Notes under the pieces: generated by a model
Told to the model about the DNA's origin: nothing
Database searches by the model: none
The model's input: only the letters and a program-made list of their open reading frames with translations
Shown here: piece by piece, positions 1 to 9,440 of the stretch
Layout of the letters: the number at the start of each line of letters is the position of its first letter
Numbering within the stretch: the stretch's first letter is position 1
From: an uncultured Candidatus Binatia bacterium
Lineage (GTDB): Bacteria; Desulfobacterota; Binatia; UBA9968; JAJDTQ01
DNA length: 64,000 nucleotides
Direction: 5' to 3'
Assembly: GCA_964291295.2 (NCBI GenBank)
Contig: OZ219754.1
Location: forward strand, 2,592,001 to 2,656,000
Position numbers and translations under genes: made by a program

Positions 1-1121
1 GCGATGGACCTGCCGAAGTCCGGCATGCCGATGTGGAAGCCGCTGCCGGCTTTCACGAGCCGTATCTCGTCCACGAACAGGGATCCGGGGACGTCGCTGC
101 GGAACGAGAGCGAGTCCATGCGCGTGGTGTCAACGCCGGCGGCGCCGAGTTCGATAAAGTCCACCGAGAGCGACCGGGTGCGGTTGTCGGGCAGCACGAC
201 GTCGGTGGCCCAGGTGTTCGAGTTCAGGTCCCGGAAGGCCACGGTCACCGTCATGTGCGGCAGTGGTTCCGGCACGATCCTGAAACTCACGCGGTCGCAG
301 CGGCCCGGATCCTCCAGCCCCGCCGGGAAAGCGTTGCGGAGCAGGGCCAGACGCCGTGTCGGATCCAGGGTGTGACGCGCCGTGGCCAGCACCGTGTTTC
401 CCGCATGCCAGGCGACCTCCAGCACGGCGGGGCGGCCGCCGCGCTGTCGCGCGAACAGGAACATCCCCTTCAGCCGGTTCCGGTCCGCGTCGAAGCGGGC
501 ATAGTCGGCGTCCGCCAGCGCGATGGAGACGTTTTCGTCCCGGTCCACGGACCGGCGCTCCAGAAACGCTTTCCCATCCTGGTCCTGGATGCGCAGGAAG
601 ATGTCGGCGCCGCCAGTCCGGTCGTTGCGGAGTTCCATCTCGATGGCTCGAAAGTCATCGCCGGACCAGTGGTTCCCGGGGCGCCGGCTTGCCGCATTGG
701 GGTTGTCCGTCTGATGCAGAACACCCATGTCGCCGTCCGCGTTGAAGTTGAATCCGAGCCCGGAGCCACCCGCGCCCGGCAGCGGGACGAGGATGGGCAC
801 GGCGCTGCCGCCGATCCGGTAGGCGCTGCGGTTGGCGTCCAGATCGGCGTATTCGAAGTCGGCGATGCGAATGCGCTGGCGGGCGAAGCGGATATCGAAC
901 AACACGCCGCGCAGCCAGCGCAGATACTGGACGCCCCAGCTCTTGTCCGCGCCGAACTCGCGTTTCCACTGGCGCAATTGCCGCTGGTCGAGGTCGGGTT
1001 GAAGCGCCCACTGATCGAAGTAGTCGCCCGGAGCGATCTGGATGATCATGAAGATCACGAAGGTGAGCGCGAACAGCGACGGGATGGTGATCAGCAGCCG
1101 CCGCACGATGTAGGTTGTCAC
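1..1121 (-). CDS. Peptide/nickel ABC transporter permease (OppB/DppB family), N-terminal part with a very large periplasmic insertion; runs off the window edge
   Basis: Not in the ORF track because it is open at the edge. Hand translation from GTG 1121 gives MTTYIVRRLLITIPSLFALTFVIFMIIQIAPGD...QYLRWLRGVL, then about 300 aa, then GMPDFGRSI at the edge. It lies directly downstream of a family-5 SBP. Confidence 0.85.
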   Translation of the reverse strand, partial: MTTYIVRRLLITIPSLFALTFVIFMIIQIAPGDYFDQWALQPDLDQRQLRQWKREFGADKSWGVQYLRWLRGVLFDIRFARQRIRIADFEYADLDANRSAYRIGGSAVPILVPLPGAGGSGLGFNFNADGDMGVLHQTDNPNAASRRPGNHWSGDDFRAIEMELRNDRTGGADIFLRIQDQDGKAFLERRSVDRDENVSIALADADYARFDADRNRLKGMFLFARQRGGRPAVLEVAWHAGNTVLATARHTLDPTRRLALLRNAFPAGLEDPGRCDRVSFRIVPEPLPHMTVTVAFRDLNSNTWATDVVLPDNRTRSLSVDFIELGAAGVDTTRMDSLSFRSDVPGSLFVDEIRLVKAGSGFHIGMPDFGRSI

Positions 1122-1170
1122 GTTCGCATCATCCGAGGGTTCCGCATGGCCCACCCGGGCGGAACCCGGG

Positions 1171-2982
1171 TCACTTCACGTACAGCCGCCTCACGTCGAA
1201 CAGCCCGAACAGGGTGGGTGTGACATTGGCGAAACGATTGCGCAGGGCCGTGATGCGCTCCGCCAGCACGGTATGGATGACGGGGAGGTTGTCGGACGCG
1301 ATCTGCTGGAACTCGTGGTACAGGGGCACCCGCCTGGCACGCTCCAGTTCGCGGCTGCCGCGCACGAAGAGTTCGTCGATCCGTCGTTCCCACTCGGTGC
1401 CGGGTTGCTCCTGGTTCGGGAACCACAGGTGGAGCCGTTCGCCGGAGTGCCAGAAGTTGATGCCGTGGTGGGGCTCCACGCCGCCCGTGAAACCGATGAC
1501 GATGGCTTCCCAGTCGTAGGTGCTGGTGAGTTGGGACACCAGGGTGTTGAACTCCAGGAAGCGGAGGTTGACCCGGATGCCGATCCGCGCCAGATCCTGC
1601 TTGATGAGGGTGCACACCCGTTCTCGTACCGTATTCCCGGAGTTGGTCGACAGGTTGAAGGTGAGGCTGTTGCCTGCGGGGTCTTCCCGGACGCCGTCGC
1701 CGTCGATGTCGAACCAGCCCAGATCGTCAAGCATGGCGTTGGCCTTGTCGATGTCGTACGGGTATCGGGTGACGGCCGGGTTGTGAAAGTCGCCGGCGGA
1801 GGGACTGACCGCGGCCCACTGGGGATAGCCGAGGCCGTTCATGACATTGTCGATGATGCTGGCCTTGTCGATGCTGTGGGCCACGGCCTTCCTGAAAGCC
1901 AACGTGCGGAACCATCGCAGCTTGACCGGGTCGACAAACGGAGCATCGTTCCTCGGGTTCTTGCCGGCGTTCATGTTGAAGGCGAGAAAGGTGGTCCCGA
2001 AGTTCGGCCCTCTCTTGTACAAGGTGAACTCCCTGGCCGCCTCCCGCGGTTTCAGGATCGGATAGTGCTCGCCGGCGACATTCAGGATATCGGTTTCGCC
2101 GGCCTGAAATTTCAGCAGCGCGGTGGCCAGGTTGGGCACCACCAGATAGACGATCCGGTCGAGATAGGGCAGACGGTTTCCGGCCGCGTCTCTCTGCCAG
2201 TACCGCGGATTTCTCTTGAGGACGATGCGCTCGCCCGCGTCATGGCGCTCGATGGTGAAGGGGCCGGTGCCGACAATGGCGGCGGCCCGGGTGCCCACAT
2301 CCCAGGTGGAGGTGAAAGTGCCATCATCCACATGTTTTTCCAGGATGTGTTCGGGATAGATGGCGGTGGCCATGCTCCGCAGGAAAGGTGCGAAGGGCGC
2401 CGGCAGGGTGAACTTCACGGCGTGCGCATGGACCCTCTCCACCTTGAGCTGACCCTTTTCCCAGGTTCGGGCGACATCATCGCGATAGCGGATGGTGAGG
2501 CCCGGCCGGGCCGAGGCCGGGATGTCGTCGTTGTAGATGATCTTCAGGAAGGTGAAGACGACGTCGTCGGCGGAGAAGGGCGCGCCGTCGGCCCACAGGA
2601 CGTCCTGGCGCAGGTGGAAGGTCCAGACCAGCCCGTCCTCGGAAACCTCCCAGCGTTCGGCCAGGCCCGGCTCCACGTCCGCCGTGAGCCAGGAGGTCTC
2701 CACAAGCCCTTCGAACACGTATTCGAGGATTTCGGTCGAAGAGGTCTCCGTCGCGATGGCGAGGTTGAATGTCTTCGGGCCGGATGTCGTCGAATGGGTC
2801 AGCGTGCCTCCCGGCCTGCCGGTGGCGTAGCGAAATTCGGCGGCGTTCTTCTTGAGCCGGTCAACCAGTGCAAGGTCGCGGGAATGGGCCGATTCCAGCC
2901 CGGCGGGACTCAGGGCCGCCGCGGTGAGGACGAGCAGGGCTCGGAATAGATGAGATACGTGTTGATACATGGGTTGATACAT
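1171..2982 (-). CDS. ABC transporter substrate-binding protein, family 5 (peptide/nickel)
   Basis: Motifs PKTFN, PGLAERWEVSEDGLVWTFHLRQDVLWADGAPFSADDVVFT and VGTGPF. Signal-like N-terminus; GGAGA upstream of ATG 2982. Confidence 0.92.
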   Translation of the reverse strand: MYQPMYQHVSHLFRALLVLTAAALSPAGLESAHSRDLALVDRLKKNAAEFRYATGRPGGTLTHSTTSGPKTFNLAIATETSSTEILEYVFEGLVETSWLTADVEPGLAERWEVSEDGLVWTFHLRQDVLWADGAPFSADDVVFTFLKIIYNDDIPASARPGLTIRYRDDVARTWEKGQLKVERVHAHAVKFTLPAPFAPFLRSMATAIYPEHILEKHVDDGTFTSTWDVGTRAAAIVGTGPFTIERHDAGERIVLKRNPRYWQRDAAGNRLPYLDRIVYLVVPNLATALLKFQAGETDILNVAGEHYPILKPREAAREFTLYKRGPNFGTTFLAFNMNAGKNPRNDAPFVDPVKLRWFRTLAFRKAVAHSIDKASIIDNVMNGLGYPQWAAVSPSAGDFHNPAVTRYPYDIDKANAMLDDLGWFDIDGDGVREDPAGNSLTFNLSTNSGNTVRERVCTLIKQDLARIGIRVNLRFLEFNTLVSQLTSTYDWEAIVIGFTGGVEPHHGINFWHSGERLHLWFPNQEQPGTEWERRIDELFVRGSRELERARRVPLYHEFQQIASDNLPVIHTVLAERITALRNRFANVTPTLFGLFDVRRLYVK

Positions 2983-3202
2983 TGCGTCTCCATGCCTCGG
3001 TTCGCTTTGGGACAGCAGTCGAATCGAAAACATGTACATCCCGGTACGGTGGCTTCGCAACCGGAGGTGCCGGGGGTTGCACGTCCACCCGTCGGCCCCG
3101 GGCTGCTTGACGGGGATGGCCGGTCGGTCTACGCAGGTCGTTGAACCGGCGCGAGGCGGCGCCGGACCGACGTCTCCTCTCCCTGAACCGCATGGAGATC
3201 TC

Positions 3203-3826
3203 ATGGCAACCACGCTCAGCATTGATCCGCACCATCTCAAGGGCCGGCATGTGGCCCGGGCCGTCGAGGTATTGAGGCACGACGGCGTCATCGTCTATCC
3301 CACCGACACCATCTATGGCTTGGGCTGCGATGTTACCAGCAAGGCCGCGGTGGAGCGTATCCGCCGCATCAAGGGGCGCGACGCCCGCAAGCCCATGTCG
3401 TTCGTCTGCGCGGATCTGGTTCAGGCAAGCCGGTACGGCCAGGTCTCGAACTTCGCGCATCGCATCCTGAAGCGGTTCCTTCCCGGCCCCTACACCTTCG
3501 TGCTGGCCGCCACCAGGGAAACGCCGCGGGTGTTGCTGTCGGGCCAGAAGACCGTCGGCATCCGGATCCCGGACCACCCGGTGCCGCTGGCGCTGGTGGA
3601 GCAGCTCGGCAATCCCGTGGTCAGCACCAGCGCCAACGAGAGCGACGAGGATGTGGTCACCAACCCTGCCGATCTGGAGCAGGTGTTCGGACACCGGGTG
3701 GACCTCATCATGGAGTGCGGCATGCTTCCGGTCCTGGCCTCCAGCGTGGTCTCGCTGGTGGACGACACCGTCGCCATCCTGCGTGAAGGGCAGGGGGATC
3801 TGAGCTGGTTCAGGAGTCTCGCCTGA
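3203..3826 (+). CDS. Sua5/YciO/YrdC family protein (threonylcarbamoyl-AMP synthase-like)
   Basis: Motifs YPTDTIYGLGC, KGR..KP, LPGPYT, VGIRIPD and STSAN. Confidence 0.92.
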   Translation: MATTLSIDPHHLKGRHVARAVEVLRHDGVIVYPTDTIYGLGCDVTSKAAVERIRRIKGRDARKPMSFVCADLVQASRYGQVSNFAHRILKRFLPGPYTFVLAATRETPRVLLSGQKTVGIRIPDHPVPLALVEQLGNPVVSTSANESDEDVVTNPADLEQVFGHRVDLIMECGMLPVLASSVVSLVDDTVAILREGQGDLSWFRSLA

Positions 3827-3881
3827 CGGCGCCACGCCGCTCGGGGGCACCGCCGCGAGGCGGCGCACCGCCCGGTTCTCG

Positions 3882-3911
3882 TTGACAGGCTCGCCGCGCG
3901 CGTGGCATACG
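3882..3911 (+). promoter_or_regulatory. Possible sigma70 promoter for the TctC-like gene
   Basis: Perfect TTGACA at 3882-3887 followed by a weak TG-n-CATACG -10 element. Confidence 0.35.
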
Positions 3912-4002
3912 AGTGCCACTGCTCCCGGCGAGCGGAACGCCGTGGCACCGTACAGGCGGTGGGGCGGTGGGAGTGGTCGCGCGAGCCCGCACGAGCCCGC
4001 AC

Positions 4003-4070
4003 TTTCCCGGGTGCGGCGATTTCCCGGGCGTGGCAATTCCGGGACGCGGCGATATTCCGGGCGCGGCCGT
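4003..4070. repeat. Four degenerate 17-bp tandem repeats (TTTCCCGGGYGYGGCRA-like)
   Basis: Units at 4003, 4020, 4037 and 4054. Preceded by CGAGCCCGCA x2 at 3982-4001. Confidence 0.75.
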
Positions 4071-4133
4071 TCCGATGGAAACAGGTTCGAGTGGGGGGCC
4101 GGGAGGCGATTCGCATGGACAAGGAGGTGCCCG

Positions 4134-5126
4134 ATGTTGCGTAACCTGATCGCCGTGTTTTCTTTGTGGGCCGTCGTGGGGATGGCCTTTCCGGTACCGC
4201 AGGCCCGGGCGGCGGACACGTTCCCGAACAAGACCATCACCTGGTTGATCCCCTATGCGCCGGCGGGCGGGTTCGATCTCCACAGCCGGGCCTTGAGCGT
4301 CGGCATGAAGAAGGCCCTCGGCGTCAACATCATTCTCAGGAACCGGCCGGGCGCCGGAGGAACCATTGCCTGGAACCTCCTCTGGTCCGCCAAGCCCGAC
4401 GGCTACACCATCGGTACCGTCAACATCCCCGGGGCCATCGTCTCCGAAGTGTTCGGCGACCCCACGCCCGCCTACCGGCTGAAAGAGTTTTCCTGGCTCG
4501 GACGGATCTCGGCCGGCCCCTACATATGGGCGACCGGGGCCAAGACTCCGTTTCACACCCTCAAGGACTTCCAGGATGCCAGGGAGATCCTGATCACCGG
4601 CACCGGGGTGGGTTCCACCGGGTGGATCGCGAACCTGCTGACCTCCAAAGTCATGGGATTCAAGGCGAGGTTCATCCTGGGTTATCCGGGCGCTCCGGCG
4701 GCCAACATGGGCATCGTCCGGGGGGAGGGGCACGCCCGCGCCCTGGGACTGGATTCGCCGGGGCAGATGCGTTTCGTGGAGGACGGTGACATGAGGCCCG
4801 TTTGGGTCTACCTGGACAAGCGCGACTCCAGATATCCCGACGTTCCCACCGTGGGCGAGCTGGGATATTCGCAACTCAGCGTGCTCGCCTCGCACCGCGT
4901 GGTCACCGCCCCGCCGGGTGTGCCCAGGGAACGGCTCGCGATCCTGCAGAAGGCGTTCGAGACCGCATTGAAGGATCCGGAGGTGCTTGCCCGGTTCGCG
5001 AAGATGAAAGCCCGATTGTCCCCGGCGGTGGGGCGGGAATGGAACACCCGGCTCAATGGTTTCTATGGTCTGATCGGCCAGTACCAGGGTGTATTCAGGG
5101 AGGCGCTCCAGAAAAAGAAGCCGTAA
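4134..5126 (+). CDS. Tripartite tricarboxylate transporter substrate-binding protein (Bug/TctC family)
   Basis: Motifs FPNKTITWLIPYAPAGGFD, NRPGAGG, KPDGYT and PDVPTVGELG. AAGGAGG RBS and a signal peptide. Confidence 0.92.
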   Translation: MLRNLIAVFSLWAVVGMAFPVPQARAADTFPNKTITWLIPYAPAGGFDLHSRALSVGMKKALGVNIILRNRPGAGGTIAWNLLWSAKPDGYTIGTVNIPGAIVSEVFGDPTPAYRLKEFSWLGRISAGPYIWATGAKTPFHTLKDFQDAREILITGTGVGSTGWIANLLTSKVMGFKARFILGYPGAPAANMGIVRGEGHARALGLDSPGQMRFVEDGDMRPVWVYLDKRDSRYPDVPTVGELGYSQLSVLASHRVVTAPPGVPRERLAILQKAFETALKDPEVLARFAKMKARLSPAVGREWNTRLNGFYGLIGQYQGVFREALQKKKP

Positions 5127-5269
5127 GGGAGCTTCCCCGATCCCCCCATGGATCCCCGACCGGCCGGAACGTGCCGGTGGCGTGTTCAGGGTCGCGACCC
5201 TGCGGCGTGACCCTGAACCGTTCACCACGTCCGGAAGGACTGGACCAACCGGAGACAACCGGAGGTATC

Positions 5270-5620
5270 ATGCAGGCAGTGAGACTCTACAGCGGTGACG
5301 ACGGCGAATCCCACTTCGAGGATATCGATCTCGAGTTCGAGCCGGATCGTCAGATGGAGAGCGCGTCCCTGGGAGCCGCCAGGAGCGTGCACGTGCGCCG
5401 GGTGCCTCCCGGCGTCCTGCTGGACTGGCATCCGGCACCCCGGCGGCAGTACCTGTTCACGCTGTCCGGCCAGTGGGACATCGAATGCGGCGGCGGAGCA
5501 GTGCGCCGGTTCATGGGCGGCGACATCATGCTCGCGGACGACCTCACCGGCCGCGGTCACCGGAGCCGGGTTGTCGGCGACGAACCCCACGTCTTTGCGG
5601 TGGTGCCGCTGGTGGACTGA
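5270..5620 (+). CDS. Cupin-like domain protein
   Basis: MQAVRLYSGDDGESHFED...WHPAPRRQY...DLTGRGH; GGAGG RBS. Confidence 0.8.
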   Translation: MQAVRLYSGDDGESHFEDIDLEFEPDRQMESASLGAARSVHVRRVPPGVLLDWHPAPRRQYLFTLSGQWDIECGGGAVRRFMGGDIMLADDLTGRGHRSRVVGDEPHVFAVVPLVD

Positions 5621-5639
5621 GGGCGGCTCCGGCGGCAGT

Positions 5640-6416
5640 CTACGCGGCGGCGGCCGACGCGCCGCCGTCCACCAACAGCGCCGTGCCGGTGACGAAAGAC
5701 GATTCGTCGCTGGCAAGGAAGAGGATGGCGTTGGCCACCTCCCGGGGCTCGGCCCAGCGTTTCATCAACGTGTGCGGTGTGCCGGTGCGGCGCAGTTCTT
5801 CCTCGCTGGTGCCCCGGGCCTTGGCCCGTTGGATGTGAAAGGGTGTGAGGGTGGGGCCGGGACAGACCGCATTGACCCGGATGCCGTGGCTCGCCTCCTC
5901 GATGGCCAGCGTGCGGCTGAGGCTCACCACCGCAGCCTTGGTGACGTCGTATTGGCCCATCCCCGCCCGTCCGGTGACGCCGAAGACCGAAGAGACATTG
6001 ACGATGCTGCCGCCCCGTGGGCGCAGGAGCGGCACGGCGGCCTTGCAGCAGTGTGCGGTGGCCATGAGATTGACTGCCAGGATGGCTTCCCAGCTTTCGG
6101 TTTCGGCATCGGCCAAGGCGCCGTACACCCGGATCCCGGCGACGTTGACCAGGATGTCGAGGCCACCATGGCGGGCCGCGGCGTCGGCCAGCGCGCGTTT
6201 CGCCTGTGGCTCGTCGCTCAGGTCCGCCGCCATGGGCGTGACCTCCGCCGAGGGGAGCCTCCCGAGGATCTCTCCGGCCGCGGCGTCGGCCGCGACGGCG
6301 TCGCGGTCCACCACCGTCAGCCTGGCGCCTTCCTCCGCGAACAGCAGGGCGGTTGCGGCTCCGATGCCGCCACCGCCGCCGGTGATGAAGGCGACCTTTC
6401 CCTGGAGCCGTCCCAC
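5640..6416 (-). CDS. SDR family oxidoreductase
   Basis: Motifs TGGGGGIG, NVAG, YxxxK (YDVTK) and GIRVNAVCPG. Confidence 0.95.
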   Translation of the reverse strand: MGRLQGKVAFITGGGGGIGAATALLFAEEGARLTVVDRDAVAADAAAGEILGRLPSAEVTPMAADLSDEPQAKRALADAAARHGGLDILVNVAGIRVYGALADAETESWEAILAVNLMATAHCCKAAVPLLRPRGGSIVNVSSVFGVTGRAGMGQYDVTKAAVVSLSRTLAIEEASHGIRVNAVCPGPTLTPFHIQRAKARGTSEEELRRTGTPHTLMKRWAEPREVANAILFLASDESSFVTGTALLVDGGASAAAA

Positions 6417-6425
6417 CTCTCCCCG

Positions 6426-6890
6426 CTACCTTGAATGCCCCAGGGCCGCCCGTGCGGCCACGTCCGCCGCGGGGAATGAAAAGCCTTCCGCCTTCAGCGC
6501 CGCGGCCGCCACTTCCTCGTCTTCCTGGGGCGCGGCGCCGCTCACGCCGATGCCCCCCACCAGGTCATTGCCGGTCCAGATGGGCAGACCGCCCTGGCCA
6601 ATGGCCATGCGCCCGTCGTGCACGATCTGCACGCCGGCGTAGAAGACCGGCTTGGGATTGGCCTTTTCCTCCAGTACCCCGGTGCTCTGTCGGAACGCGG
6701 CCGCGGTGTAGGCCTTGGCCCGGGCAATCTCGGGCGCCACGAACTTGCTCCCGTCCATGCGCCCGGCCCACATGAAGTTGCCGCTGTCGTCCACCACCGT
6801 GACGGTCACGAGATAACCCTTTTCCTCCGCCGCGCGGATGCCCGCATCCACCAGCGCCCGTGCCTGTTTCATTCCAAAGCTCAATGGCAA
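6426..6890 (-). CDS. GlcG/HbpS family heme-binding protein
   Basis: Motifs VTVVDDSG, RMDG, IARAKAYTA, GGLPI and GGIGVSG..QEDEEVA. The start is uncertain (TTG 6890 or ATG 6872). Confidence 0.88.
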   Translation of the reverse strand: MPLSFGMKQARALVDAGIRAAEEKGYLVTVTVVDDSGNFMWAGRMDGSKFVAPEIARAKAYTAAAFRQSTGVLEEKANPKPVFYAGVQIVHDGRMAIGQGGLPIWTGNDLVGGIGVSGAAPQEDEEVAAAALKAEGFSFPAADVAARAALGHSR

Positions 6891-6956
6891 TCTCCTCTCT
6901 CGGTTCTCTTCCGGTCGTCGCCGCCATTCTCGCGAGAGCGGCACGGGCAGAGGCCG

Positions 6957-7217
6957 TCAGCGCCGTTGGCCGCTCCTCATCAGCCGCGCCAGCGGACGGC
7001 GCGGAACCGGTATGCGGGCGCCTGCGGCCAGAAGTTCCCGGACCATGCGCTCACGGTTGCGGTCAAGAGCCGCCAAGGCTTCCTCGGGTGAAAGACCCTC
7101 GCCGAAACAGCCCGGCAGTTCCGGATACTCGGCCCGCCGCAGCCACCGGCCATCGATGCCGCGGACCGCCGCCATCCGCAGGACGTAGGGCACGGCCATG
7201 TATTCTTCAAACGTCAT
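6957..7217 (-). CDS. HicB-like N-terminal domain protein (86 aa); no toxin partner
   Basis: AEYPELPGCFGEGLSPEEAL...IPVP matches the HicB partial RNase-H pattern. Confidence 0.75.
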   Translation of the reverse strand: MTFEEYMAVPYVLRMAAVRGIDGRWLRRAEYPELPGCFGEGLSPEEALAALDRNRERMVRELLAAGARIPVPRRPLARLMRSGQRR

Positions 7218-7271
7218 GCCCGTTCGAGGGGGAACCGGGGGAGCCCGGTTCCTGCCAATGAATACGAATGG

Positions 7272-8576
7272 TCACGGCTTGAAATGGATACGGTCCCGGG
7301 TGGCCTCGACCCATGCCTCGTCCCGTGGGAGCCGGACGGAGGCGGCGCGCACGCGGTGAAGCCCGGGATCCAGCCCGGGCGGCTCCCCGTGCCCCTGCCG
7401 CAGCATCCGGGCCGAGTCGATGAGGCACTTGCGAACCCGGATGATGGCGGTGTCGCTGGTGCCCAGGCGCTCGCGGGTACGGTCGAAGATCGGCCCCTGG
7501 CTTTCGGTCATGGCGCGGTCCTGCATGCCGAAACCCGGTATGCCGCAGAACATGCGGGTGCGGTGCGCCTCCCAGTCCATGCGATAGTCATCGGCCCGGT
7601 TGGCCGCGGGGCGGACATCGCCGTAAGGTCCGTTCGTGGCAGGTCCGAACTCCGTGATGTGCGCGCTCATTCCGGCGTTGAACGAGGCCAGCTCCTCCTC
7701 CTTCAGCGGGCGTTCGGGATGCCAGGTGATGGTCCAGTTGATCAGGTGCCCGTCGTCCGCCGGAACCCAGGCATGAGAGTGCAGGACAGGGTCCTCATCC
7801 TGCGGCGGCGGCATGGTGTAGAACGGCATCAGGAACTGCGTGATGCGCCAGTAATACCGGTCCCCCTCGATGTCGCGCCGCGCCCCGATCATGACGCCGT
7901 ACTCGGTGTCCACCACCTCGAACCGCGGGCTTCGGTCCGTGGTCCCCACCGCGGTGTCCACGCCGAAGCCGGCCCGCTCGATGTTCTCCAGCGACGCGCG
8001 GTCCGCCGAACTCAGCGGGGCGTGCAGGAAGGAGATGTGGCTCGAATCGATGCCCCCCTCCAGGGCCTGGAAGTAGTTGCTGTCCTGGTAGTACTTGGAG
8101 ATGAACCGCTGGTTGTCGGGGAGGTGCAGCCACTCGAAGTCCGGCAGGTCGGTCATCCGGGCGGAATCGCCCATGAACGCCCAGACGATGCCGCCGCGCT
8201 CCCGGCAAGGGTAGGCGGGGTGCCTCACCGCATGCTTGAAGTCGGTTTCGGGCGCCTCGTTGGGCATCTCCAGGCACCGGCCGTCCAGGCCGTACTTCCA
8301 GCCGTGATAGCAGCAGCGAAGGCCCTCCTGCTCCACGCGGCCGAAATAGAGGGAAACGCGCCGGTGCGAGCAGAACTCGCCCAGCAGCCCCGCGTCGCCC
8401 CGGGAGGTGCGAAAGGCCACCATGCTTTCGCCCAGTATCCGCACCCGCCGGGTGCGCCCCCCGGCCTCCAGTTCGCCGGACAGCACCACCGGCACCCAAT
8501 ACCGACGCATCAGGTCGCCCATGGGCGTGCCCGATCCTGTCCTCACAAGAATCTCGTTGTCTTCCCTGGTCAGCAT
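7272..8576 (-). CDS. Rieske non-heme iron oxygenase alpha subunit (LigX/phthalate 4,5-dioxygenase-like)
   Basis: N-terminus GTPMGDLMRRYW, Rieske ligands CSH...CCYHGWKY, and mononuclear Fe motif EGGIDSSHISFLH...QD. Confidence 0.93.
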   Translation of the reverse strand: MLTREDNEILVRTGSGTPMGDLMRRYWVPVVLSGELEAGGRTRRVRILGESMVAFRTSRGDAGLLGEFCSHRRVSLYFGRVEQEGLRCCYHGWKYGLDGRCLEMPNEAPETDFKHAVRHPAYPCRERGGIVWAFMGDSARMTDLPDFEWLHLPDNQRFISKYYQDSNYFQALEGGIDSSHISFLHAPLSSADRASLENIERAGFGVDTAVGTTDRSPRFEVVDTEYGVMIGARRDIEGDRYYWRITQFLMPFYTMPPPQDEDPVLHSHAWVPADDGHLINWTITWHPERPLKEEELASFNAGMSAHITEFGPATNGPYGDVRPAANRADDYRMDWEAHRTRMFCGIPGFGMQDRAMTESQGPIFDRTRERLGTSDTAIIRVRKCLIDSARMLRQGHGEPPGLDPGLHRVRAASVRLPRDEAWVEATRDRIHFKP

Positions 8577-8791
8577 GCCGTCCCCGATGCGCTCGTGGTT
8601 GTTCGCAGCCCTGAAAAACTACAATCGGGGCTCCGTTCGTGTCAAGCTGACCGCAGTGTATCCGCTCGGGCCTTGATTCACCGCGCGGCCCGTGCGCGCA
8701 AGAAGCGCCCGAGTTCGAGGCCCCGATCGGTTCCGTTGCGGTCCGATGAACCGCGAGTCCGTTTCCTGCCAGGGACGTGCGCCATGATGCA

Positions 8792-8821
8792 TTGACACTC
8801 GGTATTCGGCTGAGGTAGCCT
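8792..8821 (+). promoter_or_regulatory. Possible sigma70 promoter of the two-gene module
   Basis: TTGACA (8792-8797), 18-bp spacer, TAGCCT (8816-8821). Confidence 0.4.
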
Positions 8822-8903
8822 CCGAAAGTTGCGGGTGCAGGGCGGGATGATCTCGCGTTGCATCTTCCCACCGACCCACCATTCCTCAACCCGGAGTTGG
8901 ACC

Positions 8904-9440
8904 GTGAGCGAAAGCGATCAAAAACTGGCGATTTTGAAGGACGAAGTCCATGTCCAGTTCAGGGCGGCGGTGGAAGAATTGCGGAGGGATCATCCCAAGG
9001 TGGTTGAAGGCGCCGCCGCCGCGGTGGGCGCAACGCTGGGCGGCTCCGTGTCACTGACAGCCCTGGTTTTCGGAGGTTCGGTGACAGGACTTTCGGCCGC
9101 CGGGATCACCTCGGGACTGGCCGCCATCGGAGCCGTGGTTGGTGGCGGGATGGCGGCGGGGGTATTCGTTCTGGCGGCTCCCGTTGCCGCGCTGGCGGTT
9201 ACGGGATACGCGGTCGCCAAGCGGCATCGGAACGCCCGGCTGGCCGCGTCGCTGCGCCAGGCGATAGAGAGGCTCCACCGAATCCAGGAGAGACTCGTCG
9301 ACAATGCCGAATATTTCAAAGAGGAACTGGCCGAGATCAAGGCCTACATCGACGTGTTCGAAAGCCGAATGCCGTCCGGACCGCGCAACCTCATCCCGCG
9401 ACGAACAATCCGACCTGAAAGCGGCAAGGCATCTGTCTGA
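8904..9440 (+). CDS. Hypothetical membrane protein with a Gly/Ala-rich hydrophobic hairpin and C-terminal coiled coil
   Basis: GGAG RBS and GTG start. The segment GLSAAGITSGLAAIGAVVGGGMAAGVFVLAAP is followed by a heptad-like helix. Confidence 0.75.
   Translation: MSESDQKLAILKDEVHVQFRAAVEELRRDHPKVVEGAAAAVGATLGGSVSLTALVFGGSVTGLSAAGITSGLAAIGAVVGGGMAAGVFVLAAPVAALAVTGYAVAKRHRNARLAASLRQAIERLHRIQERLVDNAEYFKEELAEIKAYIDVFESRMPSGPRNLIPRRTIRPESGKASV

Noticed and set aside
6957-7271. Complete HicAB toxin-antitoxin system
   Set aside because: There is no room for, and no motif of, hicA on either side of the HicB-like gene.
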